64,000 nucleotides of DNA from Dehalococcoidia bacterium (GTDB lineage Bacteria > Chloroflexota > Dehalococcoidia > GIF9 > AB-539-J10). A model generated the notes under the pieces. It was not told the origin of the DNA. It was given only the letters and a program-made list of their open reading frames with translations, and did no database searches. Within the stretch, counting starts at the first letter, position 1, and the number at the start of each line of letters is the position of its first letter. The position numbers and the translations under genes were made by a program. This document shows, piece after piece, positions 1 through 8,535 of the stretch. Where the stretch lies: contig PUON01000154.1 of assembly GCA_003552125.1 (NCBI GenBank), positions 21,965-85,964 of the forward strand, written 5' to 3'.

Positions 1-896
1 CGGTCCCCGTATCCGGCGTAGGCACTCTGAAACTCGAACACGAAGGTCCAAGCGTTCTCAATATCGGGGTAGACGGTCTCTACAAGTCCAAGTGTAGCCG
101 GAATCCCGTCAAACGCAAAAGTCGGGCTATTCCGTACGAAATCCTCAGCCATATCCCGTGCCGCATCCTCGTTCATCGAGATGAGCTGCTGCGCCAACAT
201 GTTCCACTTGCCGTCCATGACCGCTTCGACTATTTCCATCGTCTCCACTGTGACAACCACTCGATGGGGAGTAATAACCGGCAGCGTTACCAGATCAGAA
301 GTGTCGCCATAACCCGAATGGCGGCTGTCGAACTCGAACACGAACTCCCAACTGAACGGAGCTTCAGCATCGCGAGCCTCCACGAGATTGAGCGTATCGC
401 CCATGCCACTGGCGACAAAGGTAGGAGATGCTTCCACGAACCGCCGGGCAAGATCCGCAGCCAGTTCCCGGGTCATCTCCTGCATCTCGATGTCCTCACC
501 GACCGCGCCCCCAACGGCCTTCACCGTGCCTTCCCAGTACCATCCAAGCGTCGGATTTTTCAGTGTGATGGTGTAGGTCAGAAAGTCGGGAGCTACCACA
601 GCCCAGGACACATAGGCTTCCCATTCATCAGACACCAAGCGTTTTTGGGCTGCGCCCAGAAGCAGCTCTCCGTCCCCATTCGGAGCATCAGCGTCCACGA
701 CAATCCAGGAGATTCCCCGCTCAGGAGCGATATCCGGATATACTTCGCGCAACCATGTCAGCGCGGTCTCCACTGCATCTTCCGGCTCCAGGACCTTCGG
801 TTCGGGCTCCGATGCCTGCGCTTGCATGCACCCAACCGCAAGCAGAATCACCAACGTGAGTACGCTTCCAATTGTCGCCAGCATCTTCCTCTTCAT
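1..896 (-). CDS. Secreted lipoprotein with tandem ~90-aa repeats; 5' partial, runs off the window start.
   Basis: The reverse complement of 1..896 reads without a stop from ATG at 896 (MKRKMLATIGSVLTLVILLAVGCMQAQA...). It has a signal peptide with an LAVGC lipobox and a GGAGGT SD 5 nt upstream. Two repeats share a PTF..G...L.LVE....E..W.FVFEF.S...GYGD motif. It is missing from the ORF track only because no stop codon lies inside the window. Confidence 0.7.
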   Translation of the reverse strand, partial: MKRKMLATIGSVLTLVILLAVGCMQAQASEPEPKVLEPEDAVETALTWLREVYPDIAPERGISWIVVDADAPNGDGELLLGAAQKRLVSDEWEAYVSWAVVAPDFLTYTITLKNPTLGWYWEGTVKAVGGAVGEDIEMQEMTRELAADLARRFVEASPTFVASGMGDTLNLVEARDAEAPFSWEFVFEFDSRHSGYGDTSDLVTLPVITPHRVVVTVETMEIVEAVMDGKWNMLAQQLISMNEDAARDMAEDFVRNSPTFAFDGIPATLGLVETVYPDIENAWTFVFEFQSAYAGYGD

Positions 897-1053
897 TAGT
901 ACCTCCATATGGAGCCCGGCTATACCGGCTCCTCTTCTTCGTCATGTTTGGTTCATGCAGATATACGCCATCGTTTATGCAGTATCACACCCCGCCACGA
1001 AGACTTGTTGTCTCCTTCGCACGTGGGGACATGTTATGCTCTACTCACAGGGC

Positions 1054-1722
1054 ATGGATGAGCGACAGGTGCGGGCAATCGAGCTTCTCGCAGAGGAGTA
1101 CGACTATGGCCGCGGGTCGCTTCACGCACACAAAGTGGCTGAACTCGCTGCCTCCCTCTTCGACCAGATTCAACACCTCGGACTATACCCAGGACTCAGC
1201 CTCTCCGATCGTCGCACACTCGTAGCAGCATCTTATGCCCACGATCTGGGCGCGTCTCCGCGCGCGTTTCAAGACGCCATGCCAGTTCTCAGCCGGTCTG
1301 CCGAGCCAGCCGACAACCCGGACCTAGGAACGATCTCCTATCTGGCGTTGCGGTCACGCTTGGATGACCCTTCATCAGCATTCAGCAGCATCCCGCTCAC
1401 TCCAGAGGATCGATCTGTGCTGTTGCAGTCGGTCTTCTGGCTGACGTCCTCAACGACCTACAGTCCCGAAATGGACGTGCTCGCGGACGAGCGCAAGACT
1501 CGTCTCTTCGCAGGCATACTCCGCATCGTCGACGCACTGGATTTCCGACTTCGTCTCAGGGTGCGCAGCATCAAACTGCATGGTGCCTCTGCGTGGCTTC
1601 GAATTCTTGTGCGCATGTCGGCAACGGCCGACGAAGAGATTGACCGTGCACACCGAAACACCGGTCTCCTCGGAGACACTCTTCGCTTGCGCATCTTCAT
1701 ACAGGAGGTCATCGAAGACTGA
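1054..1722 (+). CDS. HD-domain phosphohydrolase-like protein.
   Basis: It carries an H..VA..A..L...L... and AASYAHDLG HD motif. The track ORF starts at 826 but would overlap the divergent lipoprotein start, so ATG 1054 (MDERQVRAIELL) is preferred. The start is uncertain. Confidence 0.55.
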   Translation: MDERQVRAIELLAEEYDYGRGSLHAHKVAELAASLFDQIQHLGLYPGLSLSDRRTLVAASYAHDLGASPRAFQDAMPVLSRSAEPADNPDLGTISYLALRSRLDDPSSAFSSIPLTPEDRSVLLQSVFWLTSSTTYSPEMDVLADERKTRLFAGILRIVDALDFRLRLRVRSIKLHGASAWLRILVRMSATADEEIDRAHRNTGLLGDTLRLRIFIQEVIED

Positions 1723-1875
1723 AGGAGCAGGTTCTGTTGCACGCCATGTGTAAGTGCGTCCCCACACGCTCATCTGCTATTCTTGCTCACATTCGTGAAC
1801 CAGACGGAGTCGCTGACAAACACTGCGGCGTTCCGCCTGAAGGGAGGGCGTGTGAAGCTACCGGAACCAAGAGAT

Positions 1876-2439
1876 ATGAGTCACGTATCGCTTGAGGAGG
1901 CGATACGAAGGCGCCGCTCGGTGAGGGCCTATAAGGATGGCTCCGTGACATTGAACGAGGCAGCTCAGCTTCTCTGGGCGGCTCAGGGCATCACCGGGAA
2001 GGATGGCCTCCGCGCTGCGCCATCCGCCGGCGCAACATACCCGCTGGAGACGTACCTCGCAGTCGGCGATGTAGCTGGACTTGAACCCGGGCTGTATCAT
2101 TACGAACCAGAAACCAATTCGTTGTCACTCGTCAAGCAGGGCGAGTTGCAATCCGAGCTTTCGGCGGCATCTCTTGATCAGCCCTGTGTGCGCGATGCGG
2201 CGATTATCATCATACTGACTGCGATCTATGAGAGAACCACTGAACGGTATGGTGACCGGGGGAGAATGTACGTCCACATGGATGTTGGGCACGCAGCAGA
2301 GAACGTGCTGCTGCAGGCAACCGCCCTTGGATTGGGTGGGGTGCCGGTAGGCGCCTTCAGGACCCGGACCGTTGCCCAGTTGCTCGGACTGCCGGAATCC
2401 GAGATTCCTCTCTACCTCCTGCCGTTGGGGAGGCTCTAG
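1876..2439 (+). CDS. Nitroreductase-family protein with a SagB-type dehydrogenase domain.
   Basis: RRRRSVRAY lies near the N-terminus. The signature APSAGATYPLETY...GLEPGLYHY is present. ATG 1876 is chosen over the upstream TTG 1783. Confidence 0.75.
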   Translation: MSHVSLEEAIRRRRSVRAYKDGSVTLNEAAQLLWAAQGITGKDGLRAAPSAGATYPLETYLAVGDVAGLEPGLYHYEPETNSLSLVKQGELQSELSAASLDQPCVRDAAIIIILTAIYERTTERYGDRGRMYVHMDVGHAAENVLLQATALGLGGVPVGAFRTRTVAQLLGLPESEIPLYLLPLGRL

Positions 2440-2790
2440 GTGAGTTCACCGCACGTCGTGGTAATCCTGGTAACTACCTCAGGTGAGGAGGAGTCCGAGC
2501 GCATCAGCCGCGCCCTGCTGGAAAGAAACCTGATCGCCTGTGCCAACATAGTTCCCCAGGTTCGCTCGCTGTTCCGCTGGGAAGGAGAGGTTGAGGATGA
2601 GAACGAGTCTCTCCTGATCCTGAAGTCAACCGCTGACGCGCTACACCTGGTGGACGAGTGCGTCCGCCAGGTCCACAGCTACGACGTCCCCGAGGTTATC
2701 GCACTGCCCGTCACAGGAGGCAGTCTGGCATACCTCTCCTGGGTCGGTGAGGAAGTCCTTTCCGAACGTTCAGGTCTCACCCGGGATTAA
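2440..2790 (+). CDS. cutA: Divalent-cation tolerance protein CutA.
   Basis: CutA1 motifs are present: IACANIVPQVRSLFRWEGEV ... HSYDVPEVIALPVTGGSLAYLSW. The start is GTG. Confidence 0.85.
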   Translation: MSSPHVVVILVTTSGEEESERISRALLERNLIACANIVPQVRSLFRWEGEVEDENESLLILKSTADALHLVDECVRQVHSYDVPEVIALPVTGGSLAYLSWVGEEVLSERSGLTRD

Positions 2791-2925
2791 GAACGCATTG
2801 ACGTAATCTCTTTTCCCATCTAGACTGTCTCCGACCAGCAGGCATTCGCTGGTCACTGCCCTTCTCCTCCTATTATTGACAGTCTCCTCAGTGGATCTAC
2901 TGAATTGTGAAAGGGGTGATTCCAA

Positions 2926-3591
2926 GTGATGTTCAGCAGTGACAAAGAGTTGTTTGACGCCATGGAGCAGAAGCTCTACTCCTCTGTGATCTCCGATATC
3001 GTCGATCAGTTAGGCTACCGGCACCAGGCGATGCGGGCGGACATCAATCCGATGTGGCAGGGAGCCGTGGTGGCAGGCAGGGCCCACACACTCCTCAGCG
3101 TGGACATCTTCGAAGTCAAAGAGAACCCTTACGAGAACGAGATAGCCGCTGTGGATTCTCTGAAGCCAAACGATGTGCTGGTGGCAGGCACGAACCGCTC
3201 CACGGAGACAGCCATGTGGGGTGAGTTGCTCTCTACGGCATCACGTGCTCGGGGTGCACGCGGAGCGATCATTGACGGCTACACTCGCGACATCGGACTC
3301 ATAGCGGAGATGCGCTTCCCCGTCTTCGCGACCGGAACCAGGCCACTTGACTCCAAAGGCAGGAGCATCGTCATGGAGTACGGCCGTCCCATACGATGCG
3401 GCGAAGTGCTGGTACATGAGGGTGATATAGTCCTGGCCGATATCGATGGCGTTGTGGTTATACCGCAGGCTATCGAGGATAAGGTCATAGAACTGTCCTT
3501 TGAGAAGGTCAAGGCCGAGGACACGGTGCGGGAGGAACTGCTGCAGGGCGCGTTGCTCGGCGACGTGTTCAGGAAGTACGGCGTACTATAA
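2926..3591 (+). CDS. RraA-family protein (RraA-like aldolase/decarboxylase fold).
   Basis: Family-level similarity only, e.g. GTNRSTETAMWGELLSTASRARGARGAIIDGYTRD. It is the first gene of a sugar-acid cluster. Confidence 0.7.
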   Translation: MMFSSDKELFDAMEQKLYSSVISDIVDQLGYRHQAMRADINPMWQGAVVAGRAHTLLSVDIFEVKENPYENEIAAVDSLKPNDVLVAGTNRSTETAMWGELLSTASRARGARGAIIDGYTRDIGLIAEMRFPVFATGTRPLDSKGRSIVMEYGRPIRCGEVLVHEGDIVLADIDGVVVIPQAIEDKVIELSFEKVKAEDTVREELLQGALLGDVFRKYGVL

Positions 3592-3654
3592 CGCTACAGT
3601 CACGGATCGAAATCTGTACGTTCAGCTTCAAGTGCTCGCATCAGGAGGGAAGAG

Positions 3655-4776
3655 TTGAAGATCACAAGTGTTGAAGCAATTGAACTGCGCCTGCCCGAGG
3701 ACCAGATAGAGGACAAATGTTCATCGGGACAGGACGCCCTCATCGTGAAGATACATACCGATGAGGGAATCACCGGCATAGGAGAGATAGACTCGTCCTC
3801 AAGGGTTGCCAAGGCTGCCATTGAGGCTCCTTTCAGCCATAGCGTGACGTCGGGACTTGCACGTCTGCTGATTGGGGAGAACCCTCTCGACGTACGTGTC
3901 CTCCATGAGAAGATGTACCAGGCGACCTTCTATTACGGCCGCCGGGGGGTCGTCATACACGCAATGGGTGGCATCGACATGGCCTTGTGGGACATCGCCG
4001 GGAAGTACTACAACAAGCCCATCTACCAGCTCCTGGGTGGAGCGTTCCACAACAGTATCCGCGCCTACGCCAGTATCCTCTTCGGAAGTGATGGAAATGA
4101 GACGGCTGAGATTGGCCGACGATGGGTGAGCGAGGGCTACACGGCGGTGAAGTTCGGATGGGGTCCCATGGGGCAGAGCGAGAAGGTGGACCTCGATCTC
4201 GTCGAAGGCGCCCGCCGCGGCGTGGGCCCGGACAAAGACGTGCTTATCGATGCCGGCTGCTGCTGGGATACGCTTACTGCCATCAAACGAGCGCGCCAAT
4301 TCGAGGAGTTCGGCATCATGTGGCTCGAGGAGCCGCTCCAGCAGGACAACCTGGAGGGCTATATGCGGCTCAGCAGCCTCTCACGTATTCCCATCGCTGC
4401 AGGTGAGGGCGACGCGGGCAGGTACGCGTGGAAAGACCTGGTCGACCGTGGCGGTATCCACATCGCTCAGATCGACCTAGCGCGCAACGGATTCACGGAC
4501 TCAATGCGTATCGCGGATTACATCGAGGACAAGAGTCTGCGGGTGGTCAACCACTTTTACACCACGGGAATCAACCTCGCCGCCGGGCTCCATTTCCTGG
4601 CCGCACGCAAGTCCACCTTCATACTGGAGTATTGCGTCGAGGAAACGCCAATGCGTTGGGACGTGACCAAACAGAAGATGAAGATCGACAGCGAGGGATA
4701 TGTACAGGTTCCCGAAGGGCCGGGACTGGGCATCGACCTCGATGACGATACGGTCGACAGGTTTCGCATCTCCTGA
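3655..4776 (+). CDS. Enolase-superfamily (mandelate racemase / muconate lactonizing enzyme) sugar-acid dehydratase or cycloisomerase.
   Basis: N-terminal capping domain MKITSVEAIELRLP and a TIM-barrel region ...KFGWGP...DAGCCWD...WLEEPL. TTG start with an AGGAGGG SD. Confidence 0.8.
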   Translation: MKITSVEAIELRLPEDQIEDKCSSGQDALIVKIHTDEGITGIGEIDSSSRVAKAAIEAPFSHSVTSGLARLLIGENPLDVRVLHEKMYQATFYYGRRGVVIHAMGGIDMALWDIAGKYYNKPIYQLLGGAFHNSIRAYASILFGSDGNETAEIGRRWVSEGYTAVKFGWGPMGQSEKVDLDLVEGARRGVGPDKDVLIDAGCCWDTLTAIKRARQFEEFGIMWLEEPLQQDNLEGYMRLSSLSRIPIAAGEGDAGRYAWKDLVDRGGIHIAQIDLARNGFTDSMRIADYIEDKSLRVVNHFYTTGINLAAGLHFLAARKSTFILEYCVEETPMRWDVTKQKMKIDSEGYVQVPEGPGLGIDLDDDTVDRFRIS

Positions 4777-4801
4777 GACCTGGCAGAAAAGGAGAGGGAA
4801 A

Positions 4802-5095
4802 ATGGCACTAGAGGCAATCATGTTCGACCCCACGGACAACACTGCAGTTGCCCTCACGGACCTTCCCGAGGGCAAGACCGTGAAGCTCACTGCGGGCAGA
4901 GAGACCAGAGAGGTTACCCTCACAGAGGCTATCACCTACCAGCACAAGTTCAGTACGATGCCCGTCGCGAAGGGCGACAGGATACTGAAGTATGGCCAGG
5001 TCATTGGTGAGGCGACCGCCGACATCAAGACTGGCGAGCACGTGCATATTCACAACATGGCTGGCCTTCGTATCAAGGCTGCAGGAAAGGCGTGA
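4802..5095 (+). CDS. UxaA-family dehydratase, small N-terminal (SAF domain) subunit.
   Basis: MALEAIMFDPTDNTAVAL...GEHVHIHNM is the typical altronate/galactarate dehydratase N-domain. A strong AAGGAGAGGG SD precedes it. Confidence 0.75.
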   Translation: MALEAIMFDPTDNTAVALTDLPEGKTVKLTAGRETREVTLTEAITYQHKFSTMPVAKGDRILKYGQVIGEATADIKTGEHVHIHNMAGLRIKAAGKA

Positions 5096-5103
5096 AAGGA
5101 GTC

Positions 5104-6267
5104 ATGAACATGGAATTCTGGGGTTTTCCTCGGCAGAATGGCAGCGCAGGTACGAGGAACTACATCGGCGTCATATCCAGTGCCGCGTGCACGAACGACC
5201 CGGCGGTTTGGATTTCGAACGCGGTTGAAGACGCGAAACTCTTCACTCACAAGCAGGCGTGCGGCCTGATCTCTCCGGACAAGGAAGTCGTCGAGCGCAC
5301 CCTTGTGAATCTCGGCAGGAACCCGAACCTTCACGGCGTTCTCGTAGTCGGCCCTGACTGTGCAGACTCGGACCCCGATAGCATTGCACAGCGCATCGCT
5401 GAGGCAGGCAAACCGGTCGACGTATGCAAGGCACACACGGAAGGCGGTGTCATGGTCGCCGTACAGCGCGGCATTGATACCGTCCGCAAGATGGCTGCCG
5501 ACGCGTCGCGCCTCCGCAGAGAACCAATGCCTCTCTCGAAGCTGCGCCATGGGGTAGAATGCGGAGGTTCGACTCCGCTATCCGGTGCGGTAACCAATGC
5601 GGCCCAGGGACACGCACTCGATCTGGTTATCAAACATGGTGGCAACGGGGGCTTCAGTGAGACGACAGAGATCATAGGTGCCGAACATCTGATTGCCGCG
5701 CGGGCTATCAACGACGAGGTCGGCCAGAAGATGCTGCAGGTCGTGCGCGACTTCGAGGCATGGCTGATGAAGGCAGGGCTGGACTTCCTCAAGTCGAATC
5801 CCGATGGACAGAACGTCGAGGACGGAATAAGCTCAATCGAGGAAAAGGCGCTCGGCGGCATGCATAAGGGTGGCACGACACCGCTTACCGAGGTCGTTGA
5901 CTATGCTGAGGTGCCCGAAGGCAAGGGCATGTGGTTCATGAATACTCCGGGGAATGACCTTATGTCCGTCACCGGACTGGCAGCCGGAGGCTGCAACATC
6001 ATTACGTACTCGACAGAAGGAGCCTGTCCGTATGGGTTCCCCTGGGTTCCTGTCATCAAGATGACTGCGCGGAAGGATCACTTCCGGAAGTTCCCCGACA
6101 CACTCGACTACCTCGTCGACGTCGATGAAGCTATCCTCAACATCGATGCGGTCGCTGAAGATCTGTTCAACCTGATGATCGAGGTCGCCAACGGCCGCAA
6201 GGTTCAAAGTGAGATACTCGGCTACACCTGTGCCCAGGACATCTGGCGCAAAGTTCCGGCCACCTAG
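5104..6267 (+). CDS. UxaA-family (altronate/galactarate) dehydratase, large subunit.
   Basis: Family-level similarity to the UxaA/GarD C-terminal catalytic domain. AAGGAG SD. It overlaps the end of the small subunit. Confidence 0.75.
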   Translation: MNMEFWGFPRQNGSAGTRNYIGVISSAACTNDPAVWISNAVEDAKLFTHKQACGLISPDKEVVERTLVNLGRNPNLHGVLVVGPDCADSDPDSIAQRIAEAGKPVDVCKAHTEGGVMVAVQRGIDTVRKMAADASRLRREPMPLSKLRHGVECGGSTPLSGAVTNAAQGHALDLVIKHGGNGGFSETTEIIGAEHLIAARAINDEVGQKMLQVVRDFEAWLMKAGLDFLKSNPDGQNVEDGISSIEEKALGGMHKGGTTPLTEVVDYAEVPEGKGMWFMNTPGNDLMSVTGLAAGGCNIITYSTEGACPYGFPWVPVIKMTARKDHFRKFPDTLDYLVDVDEAILNIDAVAEDLFNLMIEVANGRKVQSEILGYTCAQDIWRKVPAT

Positions 6268-6292
6268 AGTCCCTTACACCGGACAAATCACA

Positions 6293-6330
6293 GGGCGGCG
6301 GCATCAGTGATGCCGCCGCCCCTTTGTATT
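6293..6330. terminator. Bidirectional intrinsic terminator between the convergent uxaA-large and GGCT genes.
   Basis: Perfect 14-bp inverted repeat GGGCGGCGGCATCA/TGATGCCGCCGCCC, followed by CTTTGTATT. Confidence 0.6.
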
Positions 6331-6341
6331 CATGCGCAACC

Positions 6342-6743
6342 CTACAAGAGGCCCCAGTCACGGTACCCTTCGCGGATCACCGCCAGGTACTCCTTCGATG
6401 GAGGGTTCTCCGGATGCCGGCCCTTCCTGTAATACGTCACCGCCTCCACCGCATCTCCGAGATCGTTGAACACGATGACGTTCATTCGATCGTACTCAGT
6501 CGGATATCCCTCATACCGGTCGAGTGCCCGCAGGCAGGCGGCATCGATCTCATAGACGCCTCCCAATACGCGTTCGCCATTCTGCAGGCGTATGGTCGCC
6601 GTTCCGCCACCCGCAATGCGCGATCTGCCGGCAAATACCAGTGCCCAGTTCGGCAAACGGGCGCTGTACAGGCGTTGCGCCTGTGGGCACCGCTGCTGCA
6701 TCTGGCGCAGGCTTAGATTCGAACCATACGCGAAGTACTTCAT
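6342..6743 (-). CDS. Gamma-glutamylcyclotransferase (AIG2/GGCT-like) family protein.
   Basis: MKYFAYGSNL...YEGYP motif. Confidence 0.8.
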   Translation of the reverse strand: MKYFAYGSNLSLRQMQQRCPQAQRLYSARLPNWALVFAGRSRIAGGGTATIRLQNGERVLGGVYEIDAACLRALDRYEGYPTEYDRMNVIVFNDLGDAVEAVTYYRKGRHPENPPSKEYLAVIREGYRDWGLL

Positions 6744-6813
6744 GCAACCCTGTAAGCTTTGACGGCCTCATGCACGAAACTCGCACACGCCTTTGACGAG
6801 TTGCCCATACCCG

Positions 6814-7113
6814 TCAACACTGTAGCTTATCGGTGATTTCGGCGAACTCTTCGATGGGAATCACTGTCCAAGTCTCAGTCTGAATTGCCGAATCAAGATA
6901 CGAGATCGAGAGAGGAACGCTCGCAGCCTTCTCCTCGCTGGGCGCCTCGTACACGAATGCCATGTCGTATGGTCCCAGGATCCCGTACGAGCCCAACAGT
7001 TTGATACCGAGGCCCTCAATTCGCTTCGCGCTGTCCTGCCATTCCTTGCAGAAACTGGAGATGCCCCGTGCCTCCTGATGCGTGAATCGCACCATCGTCA
7101 TATACATCGCCAT
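6814..7113 (-). CDS. GYD-domain protein.
   Basis: ...GSYGILGPYDMAFVYEAPS. The start is set at the internal ATG, 8 nt after a GAGGAGG SD. Confidence 0.7.
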   Translation of the reverse strand: MAMYMTMVRFTHQEARGISSFCKEWQDSAKRIEGLGIKLLGSYGILGPYDMAFVYEAPSEEKAASVPLSISYLDSAIQTETWTVIPIEEFAEITDKLQC

Positions 7114-7245
7114 CGTCAATTCCTCCTCTCTGCTTCAGTAAGCACCCCGTATCACAGCAGGATACCTTGTCCAATCTGACTGTCACGTCGACAGTTCCTC
7201 TGCGCATCGCCACGGTTCACGCCTCGCATTAGGATCGTCGTGCGC

Positions 7246-7386
7246 CTATCCGGCAACGATGAGTATCACCCCGACAAGAATGAAGTATATACCCACAAGG
7301 TAGTTGAGGATCTTGGGGAATATCATCACGATAATACCGAACACCAGGCTTGCGATCCCAAAGAACAATCCTGCTCCAGTCATCAT
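7246..7386 (-). CDS. DUF3096-like small membrane protein.
   Basis: MMTGAGLFFGIASLVFGIIVMIFPKILNYLVGIYFILVGVILIVAG. An AAGGAGGAAGAAGGT SD sits immediately upstream. Confidence 0.6.
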   Translation of the reverse strand: MMTGAGLFFGIASLVFGIIVMIFPKILNYLVGIYFILVGVILIVAG

Positions 7387-7467
7387 ACCTTCTTCCTCCT
7401 TATGCCTGAACCTCTCCACATTGTGCAGAAGGTGTTCGGCAGACAAACCTTCCCACGCGTTTCAAAC

Positions 7468-8448
7468 CTAAGTGCCCTCATCCCACACCAGAGCCGCGGC
7501 TCCAAGCAACGGAGAATCATCTCCGAGCCGGGCCATGATGATGTCCACGTCACACGCCGAGGTGACATATGCACGCTCACGAGCTGTCGCGAAGGCCGGA
7601 CCCAGCAATGCATCGCCAATCTTGGTCAGCCCCCCGCCGACTACCACTACTGATGGATTGAAGATGTTGATAAGATTGCCAAGGCCAACTCCCACATAGA
7701 ATGCAGTGACGCCGATCATCTCCTGCGCCAAAGCGTCCCCCTGCTGTGCTGCGATTGAGACCACCTGGGCATCAACCTTGGCCATGTCGCCACCCACGAG
7801 TTCGCCGATAATACTCGGCTCACCTTGATCCAGTCGATGCACCGTTCTGGCTGCCAGCGCTGTTCCAGACCCAAGGGCCTCCCAACAGCCAGTCCTGCCA
7901 CACGCACACCGAGGGCCATTGACTTCAATAGTCATGTGGCCCACCTCGCCACCTGCACCACAGGAACCCTCAAGAAGCCTGCCTCCGCAGATTATCCCAC
8001 CACCGATGCCGGTACTCACTGTCACGTACACCAGGTCCTGGACCGCTGCGCCGACACCGAACTGCCATTCTCCCAGTGCAGCAAGCGTGGCGTCATTTCC
8101 CAGCCTCACCGGAATGCCGAGCCGATCACCGAGCATCATCTTCAGCGGCGTCCGACGCAGCGCAGTCACGTTTGGCGAATACACAACAACGCCATCGTGT
8201 ACGTTGACGATGCCAGCGCAGGAGACACCGAGCGCCGCCATATCCGTCGTCCGTGCGTCGATCGATGACAACGCCTCTCCGGCAACACGCGCAACCGCGT
8301 CAACAAGTTCCTGGTCATCGTCCGAATCGGGACTGGCGCCGCGCGCCCTTGACACCACTTCTCCGCTCGGCGCAACAACAGCCGCAGCGATTTTGGTCCC
8401 CCCTATATCGACGGTGAGCACTGGCCTGTCCGGTCTCTGGTTCATCAT
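7468..8448 (-). CDS. glk: ROK-family sugar kinase (glucokinase).
   Basis: LTVDIGGTKI ATP-binding motif. ROK zinc motif GHM...CxCGxxGCxE. Confidence 0.85.
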   Translation of the reverse strand: MMNQRPDRPVLTVDIGGTKIAAAVVAPSGEVVSRARGASPDSDDDQELVDAVARVAGEALSSIDARTTDMAALGVSCAGIVNVHDGVVVYSPNVTALRRTPLKMMLGDRLGIPVRLGNDATLAALGEWQFGVGAAVQDLVYVTVSTGIGGGIICGGRLLEGSCGAGGEVGHMTIEVNGPRCACGRTGCWEALGSGTALAARTVHRLDQGEPSIIGELVGGDMAKVDAQVVSIAAQQGDALAQEMIGVTAFYVGVGLGNLINIFNPSVVVVGGGLTKIGDALLGPAFATARERAYVTSACDVDIIMARLGDDSPLLGAAALVWDEGT

Positions 8449-8535
8449 AGTGTTAGCATACTACGAGTGCGCAAGCATTATTGTCAATGTTGCCATAAGC
8501 CATTACAATACATCGTAATGATAAGGTTCGATGAG

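Noticed and set aside
264-899. 211-aa plus-strand ORF in the track
   Set aside because: It is the antisense shadow of the well-supported minus-strand lipoprotein gene (signal peptide, SD, repeats). It has an odd composition and no recognisable motifs.
826-1053. Long N-terminal extension of the HD-domain ORF
   Set aside because: It would overlap the divergent lipoprotein start and its promoter region. The extension is hydrophobic and low-complexity, so the start was moved to ATG 1054.
5561-5580. tRNA T-arm-like GGTTCGA(C/A)TCC strings, also at 6719-6728 on the minus strand
   Set aside because: Both lie inside well-supported coding sequence (uxaA large subunit; GGCT codons YGSNL). They lack acceptor and anticodon arms, so they are not tRNA genes.
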